DNA from: Fimbriosthenelais zetlandica
Lineage: Eukaryota
Reading direction: 5' to 3'
Assembly: GCA_977030845.1 (NCBI GenBank)
Contig: OZ365115.1
Coordinates: 28,272,001-28,336,000 of the forward strand
Length of the DNA: 64,000 nucleotides
In this document: piece after piece, positions 62,559 through 64,000 of the stretch
Layout of the letters: every line of letters starts with the position of its first letter
Position numbering within the stretch: position 1 is the stretch's first letter
Translations under genes and position numbers: made by a program
The notes under the pieces: model-generated
The model's input: only the letters and a program-made list of their open reading frames with translations
Told to the model about the DNA's origin: nothing
Databases searched by the model: none

Positions 62559-64000
62559 CTGTGAGAAAATGAAAAATTCATTTGAAACAAATTTTCTCTC
62601 AGATTATAACAGCCATTCCCCAGCCATGCATCGACATGTCACCTAATTATAGTCAAACCGATTACATTATAAATAATAAATAATATTATTTTGGACATTT
62701 CACTTTTCATTTGAACATTAATATATCCTTATGCCTTGACTGCTCTGGCAGAAACAACAGTGTAAAGACTTTCCTGTGGTAGCCCCTCACACAATGGCCA
62801 CCTCTCATGCAGTAATGCCTAGGCTTTAACGAAGTTTATTGTAATTACTCCAATATTTTACCACCTCTCAATAATTACCAGCTAAACTTAAAGTCTTGAT
62901 ATTTAAGGCCAACGGCATTTCTAACGGATCATGCCGCCTCACAATGCCACTGATTCCACCTAATTTCCTTCTTTTAATTCATTGATAGCATTTTTGCCCA
63001 GCATTCCCATGACAAGCAGCTTAATCAGGGTCTCGGTTTTTTATCACTTTCTATAATCTGTTTCGGGGAAAGGGAGCACGTAACGATTGCAGCCACAATT
63101 AGGATCCTTTAACGGACCTGATTAGGTTTCTCAGCTTGCTTTGGGAACGTTCTAAAGGTTGGGTTTGGTCTGGCATTCAAAAGGTTAGCCTGGACCCCAG
63201 CTTTCTGAAGTCTTCTATAGTATACGGAGATACCTGCTTCAAACTATGATCGGTTGACTGAAGCCTGATTCACACACTGTGCCCTTGATGTTTCATCAAT
63301 TATACTGCACCTTCTATGTTACGATCCGAAAAAAACATTGGTATTTGACCATTGACAACTGTTACAGTGGAGCGCCGTCACTGTGACGAAACAAGTGTGC
63401 AAAGCAGTACTGTGGCAGTGACTGTTGGTCATTCTATCAGGCCATTGTAGAACCAATATAATACTGAGATATCAGGTCATTTTACAACCAGTAGGTATAT
63501 ATACTGAGATGTTGCATGGAAGTAATAAATAACAATAAGCGTATACATAGTTTCGGGAACTCCCTATTAAAGACAGACCCTGTATGGTAGCCATTAACTG
63601 CGTATAATATAATTATCATTATGTGACGTTAGTTATAAGACGTTAGTTAAGACAATAAAAGCGCCATGAAGTCCTGTAACAAATATTATACAGAATACCC
63701 TACAGTTTGGGTGTGGCTTGATTAAGAATAATTATATTATACAGAAGCCAAACCATTCTTTGAACCCTTGTGTAAATCTGTCGGCTGCCTGAGCACTTAA
63801 GGGCCAAAGGTCATCTTAGAAGGTCATAATTTTAGCCTAGAGTCTTTTTAAGTATCGCAGTGATATGGATTTACCAACATGAATGTTCTCCACCACGGAC
63901 ATTAAACGCAAACTCTCTACTCCAGTGGCAATTCAAGTCAATGCTTTTTCTGCATAATCCGGGAAGTAAATACAACTTATTGTTAGACATGTTTTTTCTC

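Overview
This is AT-rich, intron-containing animal DNA (marine-invertebrate-like); there is no prokaryotic content and no CRISPR. Three genes can be reconstructed by hand from splice sites and reading phase. (1) The 3' part of a DEG/ENaC/ASIC-family channel (+, <1-3710), whose knuckle region is replaced by a helical insert of about 520 aa encoded in one 1.67-kb exon. (2) A C2H2 zinc-finger transcription factor (+, main exon 35808-37857) with five N-terminal fingers and an Ikaros/Hunchback-type C-terminal finger pair, preceded by about 28 kb without recognisable coding exons. (3) A type II membrane M13 metallopeptidase of the neprilysin/ECE family (-, 46337->62558). The main discovery is in gene 3. 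The 68-nt exon encoding the catalytic HExxH motif is present as six intact, diverged tandem copies (49253-54957) between single-copy constitutive exons. The copies differ at residues equivalent to neprilysin M579/V580, which line the S1' pocket. All have non-consensus donor sites, and each has an upstream sequence partly complementary to one intronic site at 55295-55310. This suggests a mutually exclusive active-site exon cassette, possibly with Dscam-like docking/selector pairing. The window also holds a 1.9-kb foldback element with an 8-bp TSD, several MITEs, an L2/CR1 LINE 3' fragment and a 1.8-kb 20-bp minisatellite. All family assignments come from motif recognition; no database search was run.
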